Positions 1 through 9,455 of a stretch of DNA of 64,000 bases are shown piece by piece. The stretch comes from Ignavibacteriaceae bacterium (lineage in GTDB: Bacteria; Bacteroidota; Ignavibacteria; Ignavibacteriales; Ignavibacteriaceae). Below the pieces are notes generated by a model, which did not search any database, was not told the origin of the DNA, and saw nothing but the letters and a program-made list of their open reading frames with translations. Both the position numbers and the translations under genes were made by a program. The first letter of the stretch is position 1. Each line of letters begins with the position of its first letter. The stretch covers positions 6,090 through 70,089 of the forward strand of contig JAWOIK010000240.1 of the NCBI GenBank assembly GCA_046484705.1, read 5' to 3'.

Positions 1-804
1 TTTGATATTTCTAATTTTACAATTAAAGATCCAATTACTGATAAAAAATCTGAAGAATACAGCAATGAATTTTTCAAGAAGAGACAAAGAAAAGGTGCAA
101 CAGTTTATGATTCCAGAGAATTAATTAAAAAGCCTAATTATTTCGGATCTATGATGGTTGAACTTGGTGATGCCGATGCTTTAATAAGCGGCTACACAAC
201 CAGTTATCCAAATACGATACGCCCTGCACTTCAATGTATAGGTGTTAAAGAAGGATTTAATATTGTTGCTGGTTTATATATTGTTGTAGCTAAGAAGGAT
301 ACTTACTTCTTTGCAGATTGCACCGTTAATGTAAACCCTACAGCAGAACAATTGGCGGAAATTGCAATACTAACATCAGATACGGTTAAAGAATTTGATA
401 TTACTCCGAGATTGGCAATGTTGTCTTTCAGCAATTTCGGATCTGCACCATATCCTGAATCAATAAAGGTTTCACAGGCTACAAAAAGAGTAAAATCTTT
501 ACGCCCCGATGTGATGATTGATGGAGAAATGCAAGCTGACACAGCAGTTATGCAGGAAATTCTTGAAAAAACATTTTCATTCACTGAGTTGAAAGGTAAA
601 CCAAATGTTTTAATCTTCCCGAACCTGGATGCCGGTAATATTGCGTATAAGTTAATGGCAAGAATCGGGCAGGCAACTGTAATTGGACCGGTGTTAATGG
701 GGATGAGGAAACCTGTTCACGTGCTTCAGCGTGCGGCTACAGTTGATGATATTATAAATATGACGGCTATTGCGGTGGTTGATGCCCAGCGAAAACAAAA
801 ATAA
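1..804 (+). CDS. C-terminal phosphate acetyl/butyryl-transferase (PTA-like) domain, 5'-truncated by the window edge; probably the C-terminal half of an NADP-malic enzyme (MaeB type) or a Pta
   Basis: Frame 1 is open from base 1 (FDISNFTIKDP..) into the listed ORF 151..804. PTA-family signatures are present: FGSMMVELGDADALISG and LIFPNLDAGNIAYKL..VIGPVLMG. A hairpin terminator follows. Confidence 0.8.
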   Translation, partial: FDISNFTIKDPITDKKSEEYSNEFFKKRQRKGATVYDSRELIKKPNYFGSMMVELGDADALISGYTTSYPNTIRPALQCIGVKEGFNIVAGLYIVVAKKDTYFFADCTVNVNPTAEQLAEIAILTSDTVKEFDITPRLAMLSFSNFGSAPYPESIKVSQATKRVKSLRPDVMIDGEMQADTAVMQEILEKTFSFTELKGKPNVLIFPNLDAGNIAYKLMARIGQATVIGPVLMGMRKPVHVLQRAATVDDIINMTAIAVVDAQRKQK

Positions 805-818
805 CTAATAGAACTTAT

Positions 819-849
819 GAGACCGGAAATTTCCGGTCTCATTTTTTTT
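819..849 (+). terminator. Rho-independent terminator
   Basis: 8-bp stem GAGACCGG / CCGGTCTC with a 6-nt loop, followed by a T8 run 15 nt after the stop codon. Confidence 0.8.
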
Positions 850-1051
850 CTCTACTCTGTTAACTAAAAAAAGTTTATAAATACGAAGAATTCCATATAT
901 TTCTGTACGAAAAATTCACCTGTAATTATCATTCATTCAACTGCTTAATATACCGTTAATCAAGGAGTTTTTGCCTTTTAACGATGCATCATTTATTTTG
1001 ATAAACTAATTTTCAATTAAAAATCTTTCTGCATCAGTCTGGAACTTCAAC

Positions 1052-2989
1052 ATGACCAAAAAAGGCATCAGGATGTTAGCTGCCATAATGTTTACCGACA
1101 TCGTCGGTTATACGGCTATGATGCAGGAAGATGAATCAAAAGCAATTTCATTGCGAAACAGGAACAGACAGGTTCTTGAAGATTATTCGCTCGTTCATCA
1201 GGGTAAAGTGCTTCAATACTTTGGAGATGGCTCTTTAATTATGTTCGGCAGCGTTATTGAAGCAGTTATATGTGCCATTGAAATTCAACTCGAGTTAAAA
1301 AAAGAACCGGTAGTACCTCTGAGAATCGGTATTCATGCCGGTGATATTGTGTATGATGACGATGGTATTTATGGGGACAGTGTTAATCTTGCTTCACGTA
1401 TTGAAACCTTAGGAGTTGGCGGATCAATTTTGATTTCTAATCGCGTTAATGATGAATTAAAAAATCATAGAGAATTGCCAACGTATTATATTGGCACTTA
1501 CGAATTAAAAAATGTTCGAACCCCTACGGACGTTTATGCGATAGAACTTCCGGGCATTGTTATTCCAAAACCTAATGAGATTGATGGTAAAATTGCCGGT
1601 AAAAAGGAATCGATTGCAGTTCTACCGTTTATTAATATGAGTTCAGATTCGGAAAATGAATATTTTTCGGAGGGCATTACAGAAGAAATACTGAACGCTC
1701 TTGCAAGAGTTGACGGATTACTTGTTACCTCAAGAACATCCTCTTTTGCATTTAAAGGTAAAAATTCGGATATACGTGAAATCGGCAGGCAACTTGGTGT
1801 TAAGACTGTGCTTGAAGGAAGTGTAAGAAAAATTGGGAACAAGGTCCGGGTTACTGCTCAGTTAATAGATACAAGAAACGGTTATCACCGCTGGTCAGAA
1901 TCATATGACAGGGATATTGCTGATATATTTGAGATGCAGGATGAAATTGCAAAATCTATCACCAACAAACTTAAAGAATCTTTTTCTCTGACTACCGATA
2001 ATGTTCAGATGGTGAAAACACCAACTGAAAATATGGAGGCATATAACTTATATCTGAAGGCAAGTTATTACTGGTACCGGTGGACGCCTGCCGATATAAA
2101 AAAATCACTTGAGCTCTTGAAGAAGACTATTAAATTAGACCCGGGATTTGCTCTGGCTTATTCATCACTTTCTGCATGTTATGTATATTTAGGTGCGATG
2201 GGACAGTTGCCCGCACTGGAAGTTTACCCGCTTGCAAAAAATTATGCCCTGAAAGCAATTAGTCTGGATGATAGTTTACCGGATTGCCATGTTTCTTTAG
2301 CTATGGTACACTTTTTTGAATGGCAATGGGATGAGTCATATAAAAGTTTTATGAAAGCTTTAAGCTTAAACCCGAATAGCGCTGAAGCACATTTGTACTA
2401 CTCATATTATCAGGTAGCAATGGGTAATTTAAAAAAAGCAATCCTTGAAAATGAAAAAGCTTTAGAAATTGATCCTTTAAATGTTCAGATTAATTGTTCA
2501 CTCGCAGATACTTATTTATTTGCCGGACTTTTTAATGAAGCACTTGAACAGTATAAGAAATCACTGGAATTGGATTCAACTTACAGATCTGCGATATACG
2601 GACTTGGCTGGGTTTATTATTACCTGGATGAACTCGAAAAATCATTGCAGCAATTCAAACGGGCTCAAACTTTTATAGGTGATGATTCAAAAGGTCAAAC
2701 AACTCTTGGATTTATATATGCCCGTTTGGGTATGATGGATGAAGTTGAAAAATGTTTGAATAGATTGGATGAGCGCAATAAAGTCGAAAAAGATGTTTCT
2801 TTAACAATGGATTACGCAATTATCTATTCTGGTTTGAAGGATTATGATAAAGCATTTTTCTATCTGGAAAAAGCATTTGAGGAAAAATCAGGAGGATTAG
2901 TCTTCCTGAGAACACGTCATTGGAAGGAAGTTCAAGATGACCCGCGATATACTAATATTCTTACAAAAATGAACCTTCCTCTGAATTGA
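1052..2989 (+). CDS. Class III adenylate/guanylate cyclase domain protein with a central TolB-N-like segment and C-terminal TPR repeats
   Basis: The N-terminus carries class III cyclase motifs (MFTDIVGYT, FGDGSLIMFG, RIGIHAGDIV, GDSVNLASRIE). The middle has IAVLPFINMS..EYFSEGITEEI. The C-terminal approx 300 aa show TPR-like repeats (AYNLYLKA.., AL.L.P..A.A). Confidence 0.85.
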   Translation: MTKKGIRMLAAIMFTDIVGYTAMMQEDESKAISLRNRNRQVLEDYSLVHQGKVLQYFGDGSLIMFGSVIEAVICAIEIQLELKKEPVVPLRIGIHAGDIVYDDDGIYGDSVNLASRIETLGVGGSILISNRVNDELKNHRELPTYYIGTYELKNVRTPTDVYAIELPGIVIPKPNEIDGKIAGKKESIAVLPFINMSSDSENEYFSEGITEEILNALARVDGLLVTSRTSSFAFKGKNSDIREIGRQLGVKTVLEGSVRKIGNKVRVTAQLIDTRNGYHRWSESYDRDIADIFEMQDEIAKSITNKLKESFSLTTDNVQMVKTPTENMEAYNLYLKASYYWYRWTPADIKKSLELLKKTIKLDPGFALAYSSLSACYVYLGAMGQLPALEVYPLAKNYALKAISLDDSLPDCHVSLAMVHFFEWQWDESYKSFMKALSLNPNSAEAHLYYSYYQVAMGNLKKAILENEKALEIDPLNVQINCSLADTYLFAGLFNEALEQYKKSLELDSTYRSAIYGLGWVYYYLDELEKSLQQFKRAQTFIGDDSKGQTTLGFIYARLGMMDEVEKCLNRLDERNKVEKDVSLTMDYAIIYSGLKDYDKAFFYLEKAFEEKSGGLVFLRTRHWKEVQDDPRYTNILTKMNLPLN

Positions 2990-3051
2990 TAATTTAATTC
3001 TTTACTGGTTGAATTCATTGTTATAATTTTACATATAAAAGTTTAAACCTT

Positions 3052-5661
3052 TTGAAACCCTATTCTATATTCGTTATCTGCTTACTCATTTCATTTCAAT
3101 CTGCATCAGGATTCACGAATGATTCTACACTTACACGCATTGTTATCGCCGGAAAGGACTACGATGCAGACTGGTTTAGGAGACTGATTGCCGGAAATCT
3201 TTGGCGCGATCTGTGGATTACTCCATTTAAAGCTTCTGTTCTTAATTTAAATGATTATGCTGACGGATTGACACCAACAAAGACCGGTGGAGGGATGCAA
3301 ACAAAATCGTTGCATTTTACAGGAAATGACGGAAGAAAATATAAATTCAGATCGATTGATAAAGATCCTTCAAGAAGTCTTCCTGTTGATTTAAGGGAAA
3401 CCTTTATAGCCGAAGAGATGCAGGATCAGGTTCCTGTGCAAAATCCTGTTTCTTCTGTAATTGTAGCTCCACTTATGAATGCAGTGGAAATACTTAATGC
3501 TCAACCCGAACTATATATACTGCCTGATGATGAACGACTTGGTCCGTTCAGAGATGAATTTAAAGATATGCTCGGAACAATTGTTGAGAATCCAGATGAC
3601 TATTATGATGATGAATTAAATTTTGCAGAATCGGATAAAATTGTAAGTACATTCAAACTTTTTGATCGGTTGGAAAATGATAATGATGAAACCGTGGATG
3701 CCGCCGAATATTTAAAAGCACGGCTTTTTGATGTACTGATAGGAGACAGAGATAGACATGCCGGTCAATGGAAGTGGGCAGGATATAAAGTGAATGGAAA
3801 GAGGTTATGGAAGCCAATTCCTGAAGATCGCGATTTTGCTTTTCCGCTTTATGATGGCTTTGTTCCTTTAATTATGCGATTAGCAATGACATCAATTGTA
3901 CATTTTGATTATGAAATGCCTTCCATGTTCGATATGACCTGGGAAGGACGACATCTTGACCGAAGACTCCTTGCTTCCCTTACAAAGAAGCAATGGGATT
4001 CTGTAGCTGTGTATATGATGACCAATCTGGGCGATGACATAATAGAAAATTCTGTCCGGGAAATGCCATCAGAATTATTTGAAGTAAGAGGAAGGGAAAT
4101 AATCGAAAAATTAAAAAGCAGAAGGAACCAACTTAAACAAGCGTCTGATGAGTTTTATGAACTTGCTAATATGTATGTTGATATTTACGGAAGTAATAAA
4201 AGAGAGTATGTTGAAGTATCCAGGGATAATTCAAATTACACTACCGTTAGTATGTTCAAACTCAAATCTGATTCACCCGATAAAAAAGGCAGATTACTTT
4301 TCGAACGAACTTTCGATCATTCAGTTACTAAAGAGATAAGAATTCACTTACTTGGCGGAGACGATGAAATATTTGTAAAAGGTAAAGTTGCAAATGGAAT
4401 CAGAATAATAGTTGATGGGGGTGATGGTAAAGACTATTTTGTTGATAGTTCCGAAGTTCGGGTAAATCTTCTGAATTTCTTACCCATCAAAACAATAACA
4501 GCAAAGACAGAATTTTATGACAGCGGGAAAAAGTCAAAATTTATTATTGGACAATCAACCTACCTAAATACAAAAAAATGGGTTGAACCCGACTCACCAG
4601 AACTGAAATATGAACCTGTAACCGAAAATCGCTTCAGGGATTTTTCATTAATAATACCTTTTGATTTAAGTCCTGATTACGGAATTATTATTGGCGGCGG
4701 AGGAGCATTTAATTTTTATGATTTTCGTGTTGAACCATATTCGCATAGGTTGAGTTTTACAACATCATACTCAACAAGGACCCGTAGGTTTGAGTTTATA
4801 GGTGAAGGAGATTTCTATAAACTTGTTGAAGGAATTAACGTGAATCTTTATGCCCAGTTAACCGGCTTGGAATTAAACAGATTTTACGGATTTGGTAATG
4901 AGAACGAATTTAGTGATAGTTTAGAAGATGCTGGTATTTATGACATCGAACAGAGTAAGTTTTACGCCAGATCACTGTTTAGCTTTCCGGTATTTCAAAA
5001 TACTACTTTTTCGTTGGGATTAGCATTCGAAAGATCTGTACTTAGTGAAGTAGACGGCAGCTTGATAAATGAATTGAAAACAGCAACCGGAACCCATTCT
5101 TCCGTTACGTTTTTAAGCAAAATACAATATGATTCAAGAGACGACACTTCATCACCATACAATGGACAAACTCTTGAAGTTTCCGTTGAACAATCACCGT
5201 CGTTTTTAAACTTCAATAATAAATTCGGCAAACTTTATTTTGATGGAAGGACATATTTTACCAGCTATTTGGTTTCAAGGGAAACCTTTGCTATGAAACT
5301 GGCAGCGCAGTATGTGTGGGGTGATTTCCCAATCCATGAATACGCACTTATAGGAGGTAAATCAACTTTGAGAGGTTTACCAAGAAATATTTTTTTAGGT
5401 GATATATCTGTCAGCCTTCAAACCGATATAAGAATTTTAGTAGGTAAATTCAAAATATTTATTCCTGCTGAATTTGGTGTGACAGCTATTAATGATTTTG
5501 GAAGAGTATTTTATAAAAATGAAAGTTCAAAAAAATGGCATTCAGCTCATGGAGGCGGTATCTGGTTAAGTGTTCTGGACAGATTTTTCACAGCTGGAAT
5601 GAATGTGGTCAAATCGGCTATAGACTTAAGATTTTATTTATCAATCGGTCATACATTTTAG
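3052..5661 (+). CDS. Outer-membrane protein with an Omp85/surface-antigen (D15) type C-terminal beta-barrel and an uncharacterised N-terminal domain bearing PI3/4-kinase-like motifs
   Basis: TTG start and a signal peptide (MKPYSIFVICLLISFQSASG). The N-terminal region has GDRDRHAGQWKW and EDRDFAFP motifs. The C-terminal part has GGKSTLRGLPRN (loop-6-like RG motif), alternating beta-strand sequence and a terminal ..IGHTF. Confidence 0.7.
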   Translation: MKPYSIFVICLLISFQSASGFTNDSTLTRIVIAGKDYDADWFRRLIAGNLWRDLWITPFKASVLNLNDYADGLTPTKTGGGMQTKSLHFTGNDGRKYKFRSIDKDPSRSLPVDLRETFIAEEMQDQVPVQNPVSSVIVAPLMNAVEILNAQPELYILPDDERLGPFRDEFKDMLGTIVENPDDYYDDELNFAESDKIVSTFKLFDRLENDNDETVDAAEYLKARLFDVLIGDRDRHAGQWKWAGYKVNGKRLWKPIPEDRDFAFPLYDGFVPLIMRLAMTSIVHFDYEMPSMFDMTWEGRHLDRRLLASLTKKQWDSVAVYMMTNLGDDIIENSVREMPSELFEVRGREIIEKLKSRRNQLKQASDEFYELANMYVDIYGSNKREYVEVSRDNSNYTTVSMFKLKSDSPDKKGRLLFERTFDHSVTKEIRIHLLGGDDEIFVKGKVANGIRIIVDGGDGKDYFVDSSEVRVNLLNFLPIKTITAKTEFYDSGKKSKFIIGQSTYLNTKKWVEPDSPELKYEPVTENRFRDFSLIIPFDLSPDYGIIIGGGGAFNFYDFRVEPYSHRLSFTTSYSTRTRRFEFIGEGDFYKLVEGINVNLYAQLTGLELNRFYGFGNENEFSDSLEDAGIYDIEQSKFYARSLFSFPVFQNTTFSLGLAFERSVLSEVDGSLINELKTATGTHSSVTFLSKIQYDSRDDTSSPYNGQTLEVSVEQSPSFLNFNNKFGKLYFDGRTYFTSYLVSRETFAMKLAAQYVWGDFPIHEYALIGGKSTLRGLPRNIFLGDISVSLQTDIRILVGKFKIFIPAEFGVTAINDFGRVFYKNESSKKWHSAHGGGIWLSVLDRFFTAGMNVVKSAIDLRFYLSIGHTF

Positions 5662-5668
5662 AAATCTT

Positions 5669-6808
5669 ATGAGTATTGTAAAAATTTTAAATTATTCTTT
5701 ACTGTTTATTTTCATTTATATATCACCTCAATTTGCACAGACAAAACAAAACGAGGTACAATTCAATGTAAATAAAAGAGTGATTCTAATTGGAGATGTA
5801 GGTGAACCGGCTAAAGATAATAAGGAACCTGTTCTTATTGCACTTGAAAAACACGCCAGGGAGATTAAAGACAGTACGATTATTTTGTTTTTAGGTGATA
5901 ATATTTATCCTTCGGGGTTAATGCCGGTAACTCATCCTGACCGTACGGAATATGAACGAAGAATTGATGAGCAGATTGAAGTGGTATTAAATTCTCACGC
6001 ACTCGGTTTTTTTATACCCGGCAACCATGACTGGGGCAAATCTGAACATTATGGTGTCGAACAGATAAGAAGACAATCGGTATATATTAATACTTACGGA
6101 AGTGAAAAAATATCTTTTAAACCCGCTGATGGCTGTCCTGGTCCGGAGTATTTTGATTATGGAGATGATTTAAGAATTATATTTCTGGATACTCAATGGT
6201 GGTTTAATAATGACAGAATTATTGAACAAAATGATTGTCCAACCGGATCTGAGGATGAAATCGTTGAAGAATTATCATTATTAATTAAAAATTCAGCCGA
6301 TCGTTTCATAATTATAGCAGCGCATCATCCACTAAATACATTTGGTGAGCATGGAGGTTACTTTCCCCTTAAGATTCATCTATTTCCGCTTACTGAATTA
6401 AATCCTTACCTTCTAATTCCATTGCCGATAATTGGATCGATTTATCCACTGTTAAGAAATATGGGGATAAACAGACAGGACATTTCCAATCCCGTTTACA
6501 AAAATATGATCAATAAAATTGAACCGTTATTAAATTCAAGAAATGGTATTATTTATGCTTCGGGTCATGAACATTCCCTCCAATTGCTAAGAGGACGCAA
6601 TGGAAATATATATGTTGTAAGCGGTGCAGGGATTTATGATTTGGTTGCACAAAGAGTTAGTGAGGGAAATGAAACAATTTATTCTGAAGCTGCTCCAGGT
6701 TTTTTTATTATTGATTTTTTGGATGATGGCAGAATCAGGTTATCAGCAGTAGAAGTTGTTGACCGGAAAGGTGCAACTGAAATTACTTATGAGATATTTA
6801 CTAATTAA
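5669..6808 (+). CDS. Secreted calcineurin-like metallophosphoesterase
   Basis: Signal peptide present. Metallophosphoesterase motif series: GDVGEP, GDNIYPSG, GNHDW, AHHP, GHEHS. The start lies 8 nt after the stop of the preceding gene. Confidence 0.85.
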   Translation: MSIVKILNYSLLFIFIYISPQFAQTKQNEVQFNVNKRVILIGDVGEPAKDNKEPVLIALEKHAREIKDSTIILFLGDNIYPSGLMPVTHPDRTEYERRIDEQIEVVLNSHALGFFIPGNHDWGKSEHYGVEQIRRQSVYINTYGSEKISFKPADGCPGPEYFDYGDDLRIIFLDTQWWFNNDRIIEQNDCPTGSEDEIVEELSLLIKNSADRFIIIAAHHPLNTFGEHGGYFPLKIHLFPLTELNPYLLIPLPIIGSIYPLLRNMGINRQDISNPVYKNMINKIEPLLNSRNGIIYASGHEHSLQLLRGRNGNIYVVSGAGIYDLVAQRVSEGNETIYSEAAPGFFIIDFLDDGRIRLSAVEVVDRKGATEITYEIFTN

Positions 6809-6814
6809 TTTGTA

Positions 6815-7318
6815 TTAAGAGTCTGAATATTTTTTTGGGTAATAAAACTCTAACAGCTTGCAGGAATTGCGGGATAGTGCATTCCAATTTCCGGAAAATT
6901 CATACTGTGTTATTCCGCAAGTTGGAATATTAACTATATAACTATCACATAAAAAGTTATGCAGCGACGTTAGTCCGGGATTATGTCCGAAAACAAATAG
7001 GGTATTTATATTTTCTTCAACTTTTTTCATCACCTCCAGAATTTCATTATAGGTTGCTTCATATAATTTTTCTTCAATTATTAATTTTGAGGAATTAATA
7101 TTCAGGCTATCAATAAAAATTAACGCCGTATTCTTAGCACGCACAGCGCTGCTCGATAAAATCAAATCAGGAAATAATTTTTTTTCAAGTATTTTTTTCG
7201 CCATAAATGGTGCGTCGCGAATACCCCGGTTATTGAGCGGTCTGTCATGATCTTTTAATCCGGTGTATTTCCAGCTTGATTTGGCATGACGTATAAGAAA
7301 TAGTTGTTTGGCGCACAT
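6815..7318 (-). CDS. sixA: Histidine phosphatase family protein (SixA-like phosphohistidine phosphatase)
   Basis: LFLIRHAKSSW (RHG-type motif), RPLNNRG, FGHNPG. I prefer the internal ATG at 7318 (GAGG 5 nt upstream) over the ORF-track start at 7348. Confidence 0.75.
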   Translation of the reverse strand: MCAKQLFLIRHAKSSWKYTGLKDHDRPLNNRGIRDAPFMAKKILEKKLFPDLILSSSAVRAKNTALIFIDSLNINSSKLIIEEKLYEATYNEILEVMKKVEENINTLFVFGHNPGLTSLHNFLCDSYIVNIPTCGITQYEFSGNWNALSRNSCKLLEFYYPKKYSDS

Positions 7319-7457
7319 ATAAACCTCGCTTACTGTGACAATTATCACTGTCTGAATCAGAATAGAAACTTAACTTAACCTGTTGATATAACTCTAAATA
7401 TATAAAATTATTTATCTATTTAATTAAATTATTAATAAAATTATGTACGAGGAATGA

Positions 7458-8699
7458 ATGTTTCAAACGGATCTGACATTAAAGGTAGAAGAGTTTGTTT
7501 TAAAACTATATAAAGATAAAAGTACGATATTTCATTGTTACCACAGTTTAACTCATGCAAAAGAAGTTGTAGAAGTTATAGGACAAATGGTCGATAAAAT
7601 TGAAACCAGCGAAGACGAAAAAGAAATTTTGATAATTGCCGGCTGGTTTCATGATGTCGGCTATTTTGAAAAGGATAAAGGACACGAAGAAGTAAGTGCC
7701 GAGTATGCAGAAAAATTTCTGACCAGAGAAGGATATGCCAGGGAAAAAATTGAAAAAGTAAAACAATGTATTCTTGCTACAAAAGTCCCTACCAATCCGA
7801 AGAATATTCTCGAAGAGATAATTTGCGATGCAGACCTTCATCACCTTGGCAAAAAAGATATAGAGGAAAAAAGCGAATTATTCAGACTGGAATTAGAAAC
7901 AAAAGATATTTGTCACCCTACGGATATTGAGTGGATAGAAAACAATATTAAATTTTTAAAAGAGCATTCATATTACACAGAATATGCAAAACAGGCTTTT
8001 GGAATCCAAAAAAACCTGAATCAACAATTGTTTGAAAGAAAACTAAGAAAGCTTAGAAAAAAAGAAGAAAAAGAAAAAATATCAGAGACTAAATTTGAAT
8101 TCCAGAAAAAGAAACTGGAATCAAGAATTGAAGAAGAAAAACGTTCCGGACGTGGCATAGAAACTATGTTCAGGAACATTATGAGAACACATGTGGAATT
8201 CAGCGGTATGGCAGATAATAAAGCAAATATTATGATTACTGTTAATACTTTGCTTCTGACGATAATAATCAGTGTACTTATACGAAAACTTGATACAAAT
8301 CCTCACCTGTTATTGCCAACAGCACTTATTACAATTGTAAGTCTTACAACTTTAATCTATGCTATACTTGTCACAAGACCGAAAGTTACTTCGGGTATAT
8401 TTTCTAAGGAAGATATAATCAATAAAAATGCAAATCTTATGTTCTTCGGAAATTTTCATAAAATGGATCTGCAGGAATTTACCTGGGGAATGAAATCCAT
8501 GATGAACGACAAAGATTATTTATATGATTCTATGATAAAGGATTTTTATTATCTCGGGCAGGTGCTTGGTGAAAAGTATAAACAACTCAGAAGATGTTAT
8601 ACGATTTTTATGTATGGTATGATAATTTCAGTACTTGCCTATGCCATTGCGGTTATAACGAGTCCCGAAGCAACAAATTTAACCCCACTAATTGATTAG
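7458..8699 (+). CDS. HD-domain phosphohydrolase fused to a C-terminal transmembrane module resembling the Pycsar-effector TM / DUF5706 family
   Basis: HD motifs H..H, GWFHDVGY and ICDADLHHLG. A Lys/Glu-rich coiled linker follows. Then come FSGMADNKANIMITVNTLLLTIIISVLI plus two further hydrophobic helices. Confidence 0.7.
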   Translation: MFQTDLTLKVEEFVLKLYKDKSTIFHCYHSLTHAKEVVEVIGQMVDKIETSEDEKEILIIAGWFHDVGYFEKDKGHEEVSAEYAEKFLTREGYAREKIEKVKQCILATKVPTNPKNILEEIICDADLHHLGKKDIEEKSELFRLELETKDICHPTDIEWIENNIKFLKEHSYYTEYAKQAFGIQKNLNQQLFERKLRKLRKKEEKEKISETKFEFQKKKLESRIEEEKRSGRGIETMFRNIMRTHVEFSGMADNKANIMITVNTLLLTIIISVLIRKLDTNPHLLLPTALITIVSLTTLIYAILVTRPKVTSGIFSKEDIINKNANLMFFGNFHKMDLQEFTWGMKSMMNDKDYLYDSMIKDFYYLGQVLGEKYKQLRRCYTIFMYGMIISVLAYAIAVITSPEATNLTPLID

Positions 8700-8707
8700 A
8701 TACAGAG

Positions 8708-8735
8708 GTCCTGAATATTCTTAAATATTCAGGAC
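8708..8735. terminator. Hairpin between convergent genes (probable bidirectional terminator)
   Basis: Perfect 12-bp stem GTCCTGAATATT / AATATTCAGGAC with a 4-nt loop, lying between the stops at 8699 (+) and 8745 (-). The flanking U-tracts are weak. Confidence 0.55.
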
Positions 8736-8744
8736 TTAAATAGT

Positions 8745-9455
8745 TTATTTTTTAGTCAGGCTGGCATTCTCAAGAACCAGCGGATAAAAATAACCTGAGC
8801 CAAAATCCTTGTCTGTTATTAGTGTTCCTGTTACAACAACAACATCACCAACTTTTGCAACGTCATTACTGATAACGGTGAGATCGTGCGTACCCTTTTC
8901 ACCTGTTCCGTCCTGGATATGAAACCAATTCCTGTTCATAATTCCAAGATTTGCTTTTACTACTTTGCCCTGTACTTTTACCTGATTATTTACCAGTTCA
9001 TTTTTTTTTGAATAAAGTTCTTCTACACTATATCCGCCATCCGCTTTTTGAATATTTACATTTTCTTTTTGGATTGAGCTTAATTCTTGTTCATGCGGAT
9101 TCGGCATATTCATAACTGACTTTACGCCGGCATCTTCAACAAATAAAACTGATTCAAATGTTCTGTCTAAAGTTTCACTCTTAAAATTTTTCATTTCCAT
9201 AAACTGAGAAAAACTAATTTCTTCACCCAGCGTAAAATTTGCTTTCGGAACTGCTATCCAGTACGAATTATTGTTTTCGGTCAATCTTAGATAAGAATAA
9301 CCGCCGGCGTCAATTTTCTCTTTTATCGTTCCGGTATGTTTCTGTGAAGTCATTTCCTGCGAAATTTCATTTTCAGGGAGATTATTTTCTTCTTTTTCAG
9401 CACATGCGGTTAACATCAAACTTGAAAAAACCGCAATCATAAAATATTGTTTCAT
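8745..9455 (-). CDS. Hypothetical lipoprotein
   Basis: The internal start MKQYFMIAVFSSLMLTAC gives a lipobox (LTAC) and has AAGGAAAAGA upstream. No family was recognised. The protein contains two OB-like repeats (GTIKEKIDAGGYSYLRL / VKVQGKVVKANLG). Confidence 0.6.
   Translation of the reverse strand: MKQYFMIAVFSSLMLTACAEKEENNLPENEISQEMTSQKHTGTIKEKIDAGGYSYLRLTENNNSYWIAVPKANFTLGEEISFSQFMEMKNFKSETLDRTFESVLFVEDAGVKSVMNMPNPHEQELSSIQKENVNIQKADGGYSVEELYSKKNELVNNQVKVQGKVVKANLGIMNRNWFHIQDGTGEKGTHDLTVISNDVAKVGDVVVVTGTLITDKDFGSGYFYPLVLENASLTKK

Noticed and set aside
1052-8699. A Pycsar-like operon consisting of the class III cyclase (1052..2989) plus the HD-PycTM-like gene (7458..8699).
   Set aside because: The two genes are separated by three unrelated genes, one on the opposite strand, and have separate promoters. 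The cyclase is a large TPR signalling protein rather than a compact Pycsar-type cyclase. I kept only the individual observations.
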